Assembly: GCA_963695095.1 (NCBI GenBank)
Contig: CAVOFT010000001.1
Span: 3,040,001-3,104,000, forward strand
DNA from: an uncultured bacterium
GTDB taxonomy: Bacteria > Krumholzibacteriota > Krumholzibacteriia > JACNKJ01
Direction of reading: 5' to 3'
Length of the DNA stretch: 64,000 nt
The notes below the pieces were generated by a model, which searched no databases, was not told the origin of the DNA, and was given only the letters and a program-made list of their open reading frames with translations. The position numbers and the translations under genes were made by a program. Below, one piece after another: positions 22,463 to 33,193 of the stretch; position 1 is the stretch's first letter, and every line of letters starts with the position of its first letter.

Positions 22463-22484
22463 CGGCGGGGACGCTGCGCGCCGA

Positions 22485-23918
22485 TCAGGGCAGCAGTTGA
22501 TCGGCCAGCGCGTTGATGTACTCCTCGATGGCCGTGTAGCCCGAGGGCATCAGCGTGGCGTGATCGCTGCCGTCCGTGGGATCAAGGCCGTGGCTTCGCT
22601 CCCAGGCGTCGGCCATGCCGTCGTCATCGCCGTCGGGCGGCGGCGTGCCGGGCGTCAGGCCCGCCATGAGGTCGGCGGGAATGCGCGCGCCCCACTCGCC
22701 GGTGCGCTGCTCGGTCTCCGCGACGGCCGTGAGGGTGACGATGTCGCGCGGCCAGGCGCCGGCCTGCTCGAGCACTGCCGCGTAGGCGGCCTGGGGCGTT
22801 TGCGTGGTGATCGGAATGTAGTCGGGATAGGCAGCCGCGAAGTCGTGCTCGCGCGTCGCGCGGTACTCCTCGCCCTTGCCCAGGCTGCCGTAGACGTCGA
22901 GGAAGAGCGCGTCGGCCCAGGGATCGGCGACGATGCCGAGATAGTCGCCGGGGTCGTCCACGAAGTTGTCGGCGATGGCGTAGGCCAGTCCCTCGCCCGG
23001 CGTGTCGTCGAGCGCGAAGGGCTTGGCGCTGCCGTCGGGCCCCTGCTTGTAGGTGTTGCCGACGATGTTGAACTGCCCGGAGGGCGGGTTGTGGTGCGTG
23101 AACCCGCGGTGGAAGTTGTAGACGACGTTGTTCTTCACCTCCACCGGTCCCCGCGCGCAGGCGGGATTGCGCGTGCTGTGATGGGCGAAGAGGTTGTGAT
23201 GCAGGCTCACGCGCGGCCGGTTCGACAGCAGCCCGTAGTTGTGCTGGCCTTCGGGATGCCCCTCGATCGCGGACATGGAGAGCGTCGACCACTGCACGGT
23301 GATGTCCGTCACGGTGAAGATGCCCATCGTCTCGTCCACGGCGAAGGCGGCCGAAACGTGGTCGAAGATCGCCAGGCCGCTTTCGACGAGCTGGATGCCG
23401 TCATAGGAGCCGCCGCCCTCGCCCGCGAAGGCAGGGCGGATGCGCAGGTGGCGGACGATGAGGTTGTTCGCCGCGTCGGCGCCGTAGAGCCGACCCCTGA
23501 TCGTGATGCCGGCGCCCGGCGCGGTCTGGCCGGCGATCGTCAGGTCGCCGTGCCGGATCCGGATCGGGTCCGCCTCGATCACGCCCGACACCGCGAACAC
23601 GACGATGCGCGGCTCGCCCTGGTCCAGCGCCTCCTGCAGGCTGCCGGGGCCGGAGGCAGCCAGGGTCGTCACCTTGATCACCCGGCCGCCGCGGCCGCCG
23701 GTGGCCTGGGCGCCGAAGCCCTCGGCGCCGGGAAAGGCCAGCACGGGCTGCGGGTCCTCGTCGCCCGGGTCGGAGGGGCCGACGGGATCGCGGGTGTCCC
23801 GGTCGCAGCCGGCGCCGAAGCCGAGCAGCGCAAGCAGGCCGAGGCGGACGAGCAGCGCGGCAAGACTGCCGGCAAGAGGGCCCGGCGATGGCGTGGCGGC
23901 GAGATGGCGTGGACGCAT
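22485..23918 (-). CDS. Pectate lyase-like (PL1-type) lipoprotein
   Basis: Lipobox LLGFGAGC; AFPGAEGFGAQATGGRGGRVIKVT, TIAGQTAPG, FDHVS, HHNLFAH, DGDDDGMADAWE..GYTAIEEYIN. Confidence 0.9.
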   Translation of the reverse strand: MRPRHLAATPSPGPLAGSLAALLVRLGLLALLGFGAGCDRDTRDPVGPSDPGDEDPQPVLAFPGAEGFGAQATGGRGGRVIKVTTLAASGPGSLQEALDQGEPRIVVFAVSGVIEADPIRIRHGDLTIAGQTAPGAGITIRGRLYGADAANNLIVRHLRIRPAFAGEGGGSYDGIQLVESGLAIFDHVSAAFAVDETMGIFTVTDITVQWSTLSMSAIEGHPEGQHNYGLLSNRPRVSLHHNLFAHHSTRNPACARGPVEVKNNVVYNFHRGFTHHNPPSGQFNIVGNTYKQGPDGSAKPFALDDTPGEGLAYAIADNFVDDPGDYLGIVADPWADALFLDVYGSLGKGEEYRATREHDFAAAYPDYIPITTQTPQAAYAAVLEQAGAWPRDIVTLTAVAETEQRTGEWGARIPADLMAGLTPGTPPPDGDDDGMADAWERSHGLDPTDGSDHATLMPSGYTAIEEYINALADQLLP

Positions 23919-24061
23919 GGGGCACCTCGGGCTTGCGCGGACTTCCTCAGGCGATCGGGGGCATGCCGAGTGTGCAACGGGCGTGCCGGGGCGGCAAGCA
24001 TTGCCTGTCCTCCCCCGTCAAAGGCGTTGTCGGACGGCGGACTTTGCCGCAGTATCGGCGC

Positions 24062-25493
24062 ATGGAATTAGGCGCGCAAACCGCAATCCGCGAGCTGTAC
24101 CGGCGCCGCTTCGGCGCTGCCGTCGAGGGATCGACGCCCCTGCACGGCGACGCCTCCGGCCGGCGCCTCCTGCGCCTTCGCGGCGCGGCCGGCACGGCCA
24201 TCGGCGTTCATGGCCCGGATCCCCTCGAGAACCGGGCCTTCCTCTCCTTCTCGCGGAGCTTCCGCGCCGCCGGCCTGCCCGTGCCCGAGATCTACGGCGA
24301 GGACGAAGCAGCCGGCGTCTACCTGGAAGAGGACCTCGGCGACGCCACGCTCTTCGAGGTCCTCAGCGCCGGGCGCCAGGGCTCCGCGCCGGATGCCCAG
24401 GCGGTCGCCGTCTATCGCGAGGCGCTGCGTCTGTTGCCGCGCTTCCAGATCGAGGCGGGGCGCAGCATCGACTACGCCGTCTGCTACCCGCGGGCCAGCT
24501 TCGATCGCCAGTCGATGCACTGGGATCTCAACTACTTCAAGTACTACTTCCTGCGCCTGGCCGGCATCCCCTTCAGCGAACAGGCCCTGGAGGACGACTT
24601 CGCCCGCTTCGCCGAGCTGCTGCTCAGCGCGCCGCGCGAGCACTTCCTCTACCGCGACTTCCAGTCGCGCAACATCATGGTCCGCGACGGCAAGCCCTGG
24701 TTCATCGACTACCAGGGCGGCCGGCGCGGAGCGCTCCAGTACGACGTGGCCTCGATCCTCTACGACGCCAAGGCCGACCTGCCCTTCGACCTGCGCGACG
24801 CGCTGCTCGCGGAGTACCTGGCGGCCGCCGCTGCGCTGGCGCCGCTCGACCGCGGCGCCTTCCTCGCGCTCTACCCGCTCTTCGCCTACGTGCGCATCTT
24901 CCAGGCGCTGGGCGCCTACGGCCTGCGCGGCTACTACGAGCGCAAGACGCGCTTCCTGCAGAGCATCCCCTACGCGATCCGCAATCTCGAGCGGCTCTCG
25001 CTCGAGTCACCGCTGCCGGCCGAGCTGCCCGCCCTGGGCGAGGTCGTGCGCCGGCTCGTCGGCTCCTCGGCGCTGCGGCAGATCGGAGGCGCCTCGCTGG
25101 AGCTGACCGTGCGCGTGGCGAGCTTCGCCTACCGCGACGGCCTGCCCGAGGATCTCGCCGGCCACGGCGGCGGCTGGGTCTTCGACTGCCGCTTCCTGCC
25201 GAACCCCGGACGCGAGTCGCGCTTCGCCGCCCTCACCGGGCGCGACGCGGCCGTCGCCGCCTTCCTCGACGCCGAGCCGGCCGCGCAGACCTTCCTGGCC
25301 CGGGTCTGCGCGCTGGTCGACGACGCGGTGGACAACTACCGCGGCCGCAACTTCACGGACCTCAGCGTCGCCTTCGGCTGCACCGGCGGCCAGCACCGCT
25401 CGGTGTACTGCGCGGAGCGCCTGGCCGCGCATCTGCGAGGCGCGGGGCGTGGCGGTGGCGCTCAGCCATCGCGAGCTCGGGGAGACCTCGTGA
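24062..25493 (+). CDS. AmgK-like (APH-fold) MurNAc/GlcNAc kinase fused to a RapZ C-terminal-like domain
   Basis: GDASGRR, EEDLGD, FLYRDFQSRNIM, IDYQG; C-domain FDCRFLPNPG..GCTGGQHRS. One indel near 25440; TGA 25491-25493 overlaps the next GTG. Confidence 0.88.
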
Positions 25494-26227
25494 AGGCGAT
25501 GGTCTTCGCGGCCGGCCTCGGCACGCGGCTGCGGCCGCTCACCGATAGCGTTCCAAAGGCCTTGATCGAGGTCGGCGGGCGGCCGCTGCATCGAGATCGT
25601 CCTCGCGCGGCTCGATCGCGCGGGCGTCGACGCGGCGGTGGTCAACGTCCACCATCTGCCGGAGCAGATCGAGGCCTGGCTCGCGGGCGCGCGCCTCGGC
25701 CTGCCGGTCGCGCTCTCGCGCGAGACGGAGCTGCTCGACACGGGCGGCGGGCTCAAGCACGCGGCGCCCCTGCTCGCGGGCGGCGGAGCCCTTCTTCATC
25801 CACAACGTGGATGTGCTGAGCGCGATCGACCTCGGCGCGCTGATGGCGCAGCACCGTGCGAGCGGCGCCCTGGCGACGCTGGCCGTGCAGCCGCGCACGA
25901 GCGGCCGCGGCCTGCTCTTCGACGCCGAGGGGCGCCTGGTCGGCTGGGAGGAATCACCCGGCGGCCGGCGCAAATGGGCCGGACGCGCCGTGCCGGGCGC
26001 CGAGCGCCTCGCCTTCTGCGGCATCCACGCGGCGGGCCCCGCGCTCCTGGGTCGCCTGAGCGAGACGGGCGCCTTCCCCATCGTGGACGCCTACCTGCGC
26101 CTGGCCGGCGAGGGCGCGGACATTCGCGCCTTCCGCGCCGACGGCGTCTTCTGGGCCGATGTCGGCAACGCCGAGAAGCTCGGCGGCCGTGCGCAAGCTG
26201 GCCGCGGAGGGGCGACTGCCGGACTAG
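25490..26227 (+). CDS. MurU-like sugar-phosphate nucleotidyltransferase, frameshifted
   Basis: KAMVFAAGLGTRLRPLTDSVPKAL, VNVHHL, ELLDTGGG, HNVDVLS, AFCGIH, FWADVG. Confidence 0.88.
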
Positions 26228-26292
26228 CGCCCGCTCCGAACCCTTGTCAGCCAATCGCAGCCGTGATAGGGTTGCCGACAAGGCGCTGATCA

Positions 26293-27285
26293 ATCGAGGA
26301 CGCCCGCCGGCGGGCCTACCTAGCCGTCAACACCGAGCTCGTCGGGCTGTACTGACAGCTCGGCGAGACCATCAGTAGGAAGATCGCGGCGGCCCAATGG
26401 GGAGAGGGCGTCGTCGATGCGCTCGCGGCGGCGATCGGTCGCCAGTACCCCGGGCTGCGGGGCTTCACGCGGCGTAACCTGTTCCGGATGCGGCAGTTCT
26501 ACGAGGCTTATCGGGGCGACAAGAAAGTGTCAGCACTGCTGACACAATTGCCGTGGACCCATCATTTGCTGATCCTCGGCCGGACAACGCACCGGGAGGA
26601 GCGGCTTTTCTACCTTCTCGCCTCCATCAAGAACCATTGGTCGTCCCGGGAGCTCGAGCGACAGATCCGCAGCGGCGCCGCAGTCCGCAGTGAGCTGGGC
26701 CCCGAAACAGTCTCACCAGCGATGGCGCAATCGCACCCGGCGGCGGCCGAGGAGTTCAAGAACGCCTACAGCCTCGAATTCCTCGGCCTCCGGGATGGCC
26801 ACTCCGAGGCCGACCTGCACAGCGCGCTGCTGAAGAACCTCGGGCGTTTCATCACCGAGCTCGGCCGCGACTTCTGCTTCGTCGGCTCGGAGTACCCCAT
26901 CCAGGTGGGAAACCGGGACTTCGCCATCGACCTCGTCTTCTTTCACCGCGCCCTCGCCTGCCTCGTGGCCTGCGAACTCAAGACCCGCGAGTTCCAGCCC
27001 GAGGATCTCGGCAAGCTCGGCTTCCACCTGGAAGCGCTCGATCGGAACGTGAAGAAGTCGCACGAGCGGCCCTCGATCGGCATTCTGCTGTGTGCGAGCA
27101 AGGACAGCCAGGTCGTCGAATACGCCCTCGCTCGCAGCGCATCGCCAGCACTCGTGGCCGAGTACAAGGCAGTTCTGCCGCCCAAAGAGGTCCTGCGCAG
27201 CAAGCTGCAGGAGCTCTACGCCCAGCTGGCGCCAATGCAATCGCCAAAGAAGCGGGTGCCCCGCCTCAGGCGAAGCGGAAGATGA
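26293..27285 (+). pseudogene. YhcG/DUF1016 PD-(D/E)XK nuclease-family gene, 5'-truncated with an in-frame TGA at 26353-26355
   Basis: IEDARRRAYLAVNTELVGLY*QLG..WGEGVV..GFTRRNLFRMRQFY, LPWTHH, WSSRELERQI, YSLEFL, IDLVFFH, ELK. An intact ORF exists only from 26488. Confidence 0.8.
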
Positions 27286-28630
27286 GCGGGAACACCACCA
27301 CCACGATGAGCGCCCAGAGAGCGAAGACGGGCAGGTAGCCTGTCTGCCAGCGCTCGAGCGCGCCGAAGGGCACCCGCCCGCGCAGGAAGCGCGCGTAGAG
27401 CCAGGCCGACCAGCCCAGGTTGACGAGCAGGATTAGATTCTCGCCCAGCGCCGCCGTGCGATTCGGCGTGAAGCCGAAGTCCGAGATCCGGGCCGCGATG
27501 GCCGCCAGGGCCACGAGGTCGACGACGAGCGCGCTCAGGACGAGGGTGAGCTGGAGGAGATCGAAGGGGCCGGGCGGCGCGTGCGGATCGCGCGCGGAAG
27601 CCGAGTAGAGCAGGAGGCCGAGCACGACCACGAGCAGCAGGTCGAAGCCGATCAGCACCTCGCGCTGGACGTCGATGCCGCGATTGGTCCAGATCATCGT
27701 CGCCAGGATACACCACGAGGAACAGCGTGAAGAGCGGCGTGAAGATCCGCGTGAGCACGGGCGCCATGTTCTCGATCACGCCCTGCTTCACCTCGACGAG
27801 CCAGGCGGCGACGAGCACGGCGCCCGTCGCGCCGCAGGGCACCAGCCACTGCGAGATGAAGCGCTTCCGCGTCGAGGCCGATGGCCTGGAACATCGCCGC
27901 CGTGAAGGCCGCCAGCACGCCGCCGCCGAGCGCGATGAGCACGTAGTAGATGAACAGCTCGCCCGAGAAGCGGATGAAGTGCATCCGCTCGTCATGGTCG
28001 CGCCAGCGCAGGCCGACGTAGGCCAGGCCCACCACCAGCCAGAGCGCGATGGGCAGGTGGATCGCCGCCAGGGCGAAGGTGTGGTCCGTCTCCTGAAATG
28101 GATAGAGGTTCACCACCAGGGCGGTCGCGGCGAAGGGAACGAGCAGGCGCAGGAAGCTCGCGGCGCCCAGGCCCCGCTTCCAGGCCAGATAGGCGGCCAG
28201 AAACGGCAGCACGAAGAAGGCCAGGTTGCGGATGTAGAAGACCGGCGCCTCGCTCGCGATGGAGACGCCGAAGAGCTCCGGGACCTTGATCGCCGCAGCG
28301 GCCGCCGCGGCCAGCGCCAGGACGACGGGCCGCTTCGCTGCGCAGCGGCTTCGCGCCGGAGCCGTCCCCACCGAGCACGAGCTGCCGCCACAGCCGATCC
28401 GAGTGCTCCCGGGCGAATTCGCGGGACAGGGCGTTCAGGCTGCCGATCCGCTTCACCGCGACCAGGAAGGCTTCGTCGCCGTCCAGGCCCGCGGCGCTGA
28501 GCGCCTCGATCTGATCGCGCAGATGGCCCTCGAGCTCCTCGACGTCGGGGCCCGCGATCGCCTTGCCTCGCGCCACGAAGGCCCGCCACTCGGCGATCTG
28601 GCCTTCGAGCCGCTCAGTGTCCATGGTCAT
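27266..28630 (-). CDS. Permease prefix domain 1-containing membrane protein (DUF4153-like), frameshifted
   Basis: DVEELEGHLRDQI..GLDGDEAFLVAVKRIG; many TM segments; ENMAPVLTRIFTPLF, GFTPNRTAALGEN; ATGA overlap with the PadR stop. Confidence 0.85.
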
Positions 28631-29004
28631 TCGCTCAGCATCCTTGGGGCGAGGGGTGGGAGCGCGATCCGCAGGGTCAGGAGCGACCAGACCTTGCGCA
28701 GCGCGTCGTCGACGGCCTGCCACTGCTGGCGCTCCCTGGCGAGCTGCGCTCTGCCCTGGGGGGTGATGCGGTAGACCTTGCGCTTCCGCCCGGTCTCCGA
28801 CTGCTGCCACTTCCCGGCGATGTAGCCCAGCCGTTCGAGCCGGTGCAGCACCGGGTAGAGCATGCCGTCGCTCCAGGCCAGCTGCCCGCCCGAGAGTTCG
28901 CTGACGCGCTTCAGGATGGCATAGCCGTAGCTGTCATGCTCGGCGAGGATCGCGAGCACGAGGGGAGTGGCCGAAGCGGCGACGAGGTCCTTGTTGATGT
29001 CCAT
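28627..29004 (-). CDS. PadR family transcriptional regulator
   Basis: MDINKDLVAASATPLVLAIL..SYGYAI..GMLYPVLHRLE..RKVYRIT. Confidence 0.93.
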   Translation of the reverse strand: MDINKDLVAASATPLVLAILAEHDSYGYAILKRVSELSGGQLAWSDGMLYPVLHRLERLGYIAGKWQQSETGRKRKVYRITPQGRAQLARERQQWQAVDDALRKVWSLLTLRIALPPLAPRMLSE

Positions 29005-29014
29005 ACCTTGCGGC

Positions 29015-29043
29015 ATTATACATAGCGCTGCTAGGTATGTCCA
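29015..29043 (-). promoter_or_regulatory. padR promoter with overlapping inverted repeat (candidate autoregulatory operator)
   Basis: Minus strand TGGACA-17 bp-TATAAT; inverted repeat ATACATAG-N5-CTAGGTAT at 29018-29038. Confidence 0.65.
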
Positions 29044-29208
29044 GGGGAATTGTCGGAGTTCGGGAAGGGGAAGGCTGTCCGCACCAGCGCGCAAGCAAAG
29101 ACCTCCGCCGCCGGCTGGCGAAGGAGGCCTTCATCGCGTGATCGTAGCGCCGCCGAAGGCCAGCCTTCGCGACCGAACCGCGCGGCGATCGAATCCAAGG
29201 ATAATCGG

Positions 29209-29281
29209 CTCCCCGGGAAGGACTTGAACCTTCAACCCTGCGGTTAACAGCCGCATGCTCTGCCAATTGAGCTACCGAGGA
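29209..29281 (-). tRNA. tRNA-Asn (GTT); CCA end not encoded
   Basis: TCCTCGGTAGCTCAATTGGCAGAGCATGCGGCTGTTAACCGCAGGGTTGAAGGTTCAAGTCCTTCCCGGGGAG folds as a cloverleaf with anticodon GTT; followed by CCG. Confidence 0.97.
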
Positions 29282-29293
29282 AAATCGCCACCC

Positions 29294-29322
29294 AGGATAG
29301 GGCCGGCGGCGGCGCCTGTCAA
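29294..29322 (-). promoter_or_regulatory. sigma70-type promoter of tRNA-Asn
   Basis: TTGACA-17 bp-TATCCT on the minus strand, 12 nt before the tRNA. Confidence 0.75.
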
Positions 29323-29459
29323 GACGGCCGCCCGGGTCGCATCCCCGACCGCTGCGCGCCGCGCCCGCCCGGAATCGCTCGGCAGTCGCCGGGATCTTCG
29401 CTATACTTGCAGCATGGATTCCGGGGGCGGGATGCTCGGGTCCCGAGGCGAAGGGGGCG

Positions 29460-31271
29460 ATGATGGGAAGCGAATCCTGGCTGCGGCGGATCACCTGGAC
29501 AGTTGCCTTGCTGCTCCTTTCCCTGCCGCTCCTTGGCAGCGACTGCGACGAAACCTCGACATCCGGCCCCGAGATCGTCGGCGATCCCGTGTCGATCGCG
29601 CCCTTCGATGTCCTGCGCCATGCGTCCAGCCTCTACGGCCTCTGGCACGGGGAGGCGTTCAGCTTGGCGGTGGGCAGCCAGGGCCGGGCGTTCATCCTCA
29701 CCGAGGGCCGCCGCTTCCGTCTGCCGACGGGCAGCACCTCCTGGCTGCGCGGCGCGCACTACTTCGGCGATCTGCACGGCGCCCTGCTCGTGGGCGAGAG
29801 CGTCGGCGCGGACCCCGCGCCCGTCATCCTGCACTACCGCTGGGGCGTGCGGAATCGTGTGCAGGCCGCCTGGACCGGCGATGCCCGCTGCATCCTCGGC
29901 TACGCCAATACCGTGGCGGAGGTGGGCATCGGCGACACGACCTGGGACTACGACGGCTTCGACTGGACACCGGGCCCGCTCAGCTACGGAGTGGATATCT
30001 ACGACCTCGGGCCCTTCGACCTCCGCGCCTGTGCGGACGGCATCTACAAGGCCGACTGCCCGAACGCCCCCTGCTACGTCCATGCGACGACGGTGCCCGT
30101 CACCGGAATGAGCGGTCTGGACGACGATCGCGTGATGGCCGTCGCTGGGGAGGAGATCCTGCGCACGGACGACGGCCTGCACTTCGCAACCGCGTTCAGC
30201 CCCGGCTTTCACCTCAACGACATCAGCTGGGCCGCCACGGACTGGGCCGTGGCCGTGGGCAACGAGGGGATCACCTGCGTCTACAACGGCGACAGCTGGC
30301 AGATCCTCCAGGCCGACACCGACGCGGATCTGAAGGCGGTCTGCGCCTGGCAGGAGAACGGCGCCCCGCGTGCGCTCGCCGTGGGCGGCCACGGCGCCGA
30401 GTATCGCTTTGAAAACGGCGGCTGGACCGGCGAGCAGTACGCTGCCGAGAGCTGGAGCGACGTGATGGGCGATCCGCAGTCCACGCTGTTCGGCATCCTC
30501 GGCGGCCGGCTGATGCGCTACGACGGGGACTGGCACGCCGAGCCGGCCACGGGCGCGATCGAGCTGACGCAGCTCTGCTGCCTTGCGGCGGACTCCGTCT
30601 GGGCCATCGGCAGGCAGGGCATGGACAGCTTCCTCGCGCGCTTCAACGGCGCGGCCTGGCAGACACAGTGGCTCGCCTCGATGGAAACGGCTCGCGATCT
30701 CTGGGTGGCGGATGTCGGCAACATCTTCGTCGCCTGTGACTACGGCACCGTCTTCAGCAGCGCGGGCCACTGGGTGCCGGAAATCGCCGTCCAGCCCCCG
30801 CAGCACCTGCGCGGGATCTGGGGCGCCTCGGCCCAGTCGGTCTACGTGGTTGGAGAGAACGGGACCATCGCCCACTACGACGGCCTCGACTGGTCGCCCA
30901 TGGCCAGCGGGACCGGCGTCCATCTGAACGCGATCTGCGGCAGCGGCGACGAGCACATCGTCGCCGTGGGCGACGACGCCACGGTCCTGCGCTTCGACGG
31001 CGAGGACTGGTTGCCGATGGCCGTGAGCGCCACGGGCGATCTCACCCTGGTCTGGACGGACGGACCCGACAACATCTGGCTCGGCTCGGCCGCGGACGAG
31101 CTGCATCACTACAATGGCGCAGTCTGGCAGCACCTGACGACGGGCTTCCCCGAGAACGCGAGCATGGGGCTCTGGGGACGAGACGAGGACCTGTGGATCG
31201 TGGGCCAGGGGGATCTCGTGCTCGAGTACCTTTCGCCTGAGGAGTTGCCGAGCGCGCTCGACAGGTTCTAG
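29460..31271 (+). CDS. Putative lipoprotein with WD40/YVTN-like beta-propeller repeats
   Basis: Hydrophobic N-terminus ending LLGSDC; repeats such as LRGIWGASAQSVYVVGENGTIAHYDGLDW and LNAICGSGDEHIVAVGDDATVLRFDGEDW. Confidence 0.8.
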   Translation: MMGSESWLRRITWTVALLLLSLPLLGSDCDETSTSGPEIVGDPVSIAPFDVLRHASSLYGLWHGEAFSLAVGSQGRAFILTEGRRFRLPTGSTSWLRGAHYFGDLHGALLVGESVGADPAPVILHYRWGVRNRVQAAWTGDARCILGYANTVAEVGIGDTTWDYDGFDWTPGPLSYGVDIYDLGPFDLRACADGIYKADCPNAPCYVHATTVPVTGMSGLDDDRVMAVAGEEILRTDDGLHFATAFSPGFHLNDISWAATDWAVAVGNEGITCVYNGDSWQILQADTDADLKAVCAWQENGAPRALAVGGHGAEYRFENGGWTGEQYAAESWSDVMGDPQSTLFGILGGRLMRYDGDWHAEPATGAIELTQLCCLAADSVWAIGRQGMDSFLARFNGAAWQTQWLASMETARDLWVADVGNIFVACDYGTVFSSAGHWVPEIAVQPPQHLRGIWGASAQSVYVVGENGTIAHYDGLDWSPMASGTGVHLNAICGSGDEHIVAVGDDATVLRFDGEDWLPMAVSATGDLTLVWTDGPDNIWLGSAADELHHYNGAVWQHLTTGFPENASMGLWGRDEDLWIVGQGDLVLEYLSPEELPSALDRF

Positions 31272-31381
31272 CTCGAGGCTCTTGCCAGCCGGCCGAATCC
31301 GAGTACACTGCCTCCGTTGCGCTCGCCTGGCCGACCGCGCCTCCCGCGCGCGGCGCCATCACACGAGGGAAAGGAACACCG

Positions 31382-33193
31382 ATGGCCACAGCCCGCTCCG
31401 CCAAGACAAGCAAGACCGCCGCCAAGCAGCCGCTCTGGGACCTTCGCGAACTCTACGCCAGCCGCAAGGACCCGAAGCTCGAGCGGGACTTCAGAAGCTT
31501 GGAGCGCGCCTGCGCCGCCTTCGCCAAGGCGTACCGCGGCAAGGTGGCCCGTCTCGCCGCGCCCTCGCTGGCCCGCGCCCTCGGCGAGCTGGAGAAGATC
31601 GAGAACATCTCCTACCGGCTCTTCATCTACGCCCAGCTCGAGTTCTCGACCAAGAGCAACGACCCGAGCTGGGGCGCCTTCCTGCAGTCCGTGCAGGAGC
31701 GCCACACCAAGGCTGCCGCGCAGCTCGAGTTCTTCCGCGTCGAGTGGGTGGGCGTCGCCGAGACCAAGGCCCGCGGGCTCATCCGCGACCTCCGCCTGGC
31801 GCGCTACCGCCACTTCCTCGAGCATGCCCGCGCCTACAAGAAGCACACGCTCAGCGAGCCCGAGGAAGTGCTGGCCGCCAAGCTGAGCCAGGTGAGCACC
31901 GGCGCCTGGGTGCGCTACTACGGCAGCGTGCTGGCCGACATCAAGTACCAGCTCAAGGGCAAGACCCTCACCGAGTCCGAGCTGGCCGCCAAGTTCCGCG
32001 ACCCCAAGCGCGAGACGCGCCGCCTGGCCAGCGAGGCCCGCGCCAAGGGCCTGCTCGCAGCCCAGAAGCCGCTCACCTTCGCCTTCAACATGGTGCTGGC
32101 CGGCAGCAAGGTGGGCGACGAGGTGCGCAACTACGAGCACTGGGTGCAGCGCCGCAACCTGGCCAACGAGATCCCGGATCCGGTGGTCGACGCGCTGGTC
32201 ACGGCCTGCCTCGAGCGCAGCGACATCCTGCGCCGCTACCTGCGCCTGAAGCAAAAGGTCATGCGCCTGCCCGCGCTCATGTCCTACGACGTCTGGGCGC
32301 CCCTGCCCGGCGCTCGCCAGCGCAAGGTGCCCTACAGCGAGGCGATGGCCATGGTCGGCGAGCTCTTCGCCGAGACCCGCCCCAGCTTCGGCCGCATCGC
32401 CCGCGACCTCTTCGCCAAGCAGCACGTCGACGTGCCCCCCTACCCGGGCAAGCGCGGCGGCGCCTTCTGCATGCCCAACATGCAGGGCCTGCCCTATGTC
32501 ATGCTCAACTGGACGGGCAAGGCCCGCGACGTGGCCACGCTCGCCCACGAGTTCGGCCACGCCGTCCACATGGAGCTCAGCCGCAAGCAGGGCCCCCTGG
32601 GCTCTGTCGAAAGCCTGGTCATGGCCGAGGTGGCCTCGGTCTTCATGGAGACGCTGCTCTACGGCAAGCTGCTTGCGCGCACGAAGAGCCCCCGCGAGCG
32701 GCTCTACATGCTGCAGGAGATCATCGAGGACGGCTTCGCCACCACCTTCCGCCAGATGCAGTTCAACCGCTTCGAGAACGCGGTGCACAACCACCGCCGC
32801 GAGCAGGGCGAGCTGAGCGCGGCGGACATCGCGAGCCACTATGCCGAGGCCGAGCGCGCCTACTTCGGCAAGACGATGACCCCGGCCAAGGACTCCGACA
32901 GCTTCTGGATGTACGTGAGCCACTTCGTCAACGTGCCGGGCTACGTCTACGCCTACTGCGCGAGCTACCTGGTGGTGCTCTCGCTCTATCGCCGCTATCA
33001 GCAGCAGGGCGCGCGCTTCCTGACGGGCTACGAGGAGATGCTGGCCGCCGGCGGCAGCCAGTCGCCCGCCAAGCTGCTGGCGGCCCTCGGCGTCGACTGG
33101 AGCGACCCCGCCTTCTGGCAGGGCGGCCTGGATGTGCTGGGCGAGTACGTCGACCAGTTTGCGGCCACCGCAAAAGAACTGAAGCTCGTGTAA
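31382..33193 (+). CDS. pepF: Oligoendopeptidase F (M3B)
   Basis: WDLRELY, GKRGGAFC, TLAHEFGHAVH, AEVAS, FRQ, HF..YVYAY. Confidence 0.9.
   Translation: MATARSAKTSKTAAKQPLWDLRELYASRKDPKLERDFRSLERACAAFAKAYRGKVARLAAPSLARALGELEKIENISYRLFIYAQLEFSTKSNDPSWGAFLQSVQERHTKAAAQLEFFRVEWVGVAETKARGLIRDLRLARYRHFLEHARAYKKHTLSEPEEVLAAKLSQVSTGAWVRYYGSVLADIKYQLKGKTLTESELAAKFRDPKRETRRLASEARAKGLLAAQKPLTFAFNMVLAGSKVGDEVRNYEHWVQRRNLANEIPDPVVDALVTACLERSDILRRYLRLKQKVMRLPALMSYDVWAPLPGARQRKVPYSEAMAMVGELFAETRPSFGRIARDLFAKQHVDVPPYPGKRGGAFCMPNMQGLPYVMLNWTGKARDVATLAHEFGHAVHMELSRKQGPLGSVESLVMAEVASVFMETLLYGKLLARTKSPRERLYMLQEIIEDGFATTFRQMQFNRFENAVHNHRREQGELSAADIASHYAEAERAYFGKTMTPAKDSDSFWMYVSHFVNVPGYVYAYCASYLVVLSLYRRYQQQGARFLTGYEEMLAAGGSQSPAKLLAALGVDWSDPAFWQGGLDVLGEYVDQFAATAKELKLV

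Noticed and set aside
26242..26283. Integron attC site
   Set aside because: Lacks proper RYYYAAC/GTTRRRY ends, is short, and there is no integrase or cassette array.
26353..26355. TGA recoded as Trp or selenocysteine
   Set aside because: TGA is the normal stop of many genes here, TGG is used for Trp throughout, the position is not a Cys site, and the gene is also 5'-truncated.
1..28630. Numerous frameshifts suggesting mass pseudogenisation or programmed frameshifting
   Set aside because: Single-base indels hit unrelated genes including conserved ones (tpx, rsgA), catalytic motifs stay intact, and 29-61 kb is almost clean. This fits uneven long-read consensus error.
29209..29281. tRNA-anchored prophage or genomic island
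   Set aside because: No integrase, and I found no duplicate of the tRNA 3' end in the window.
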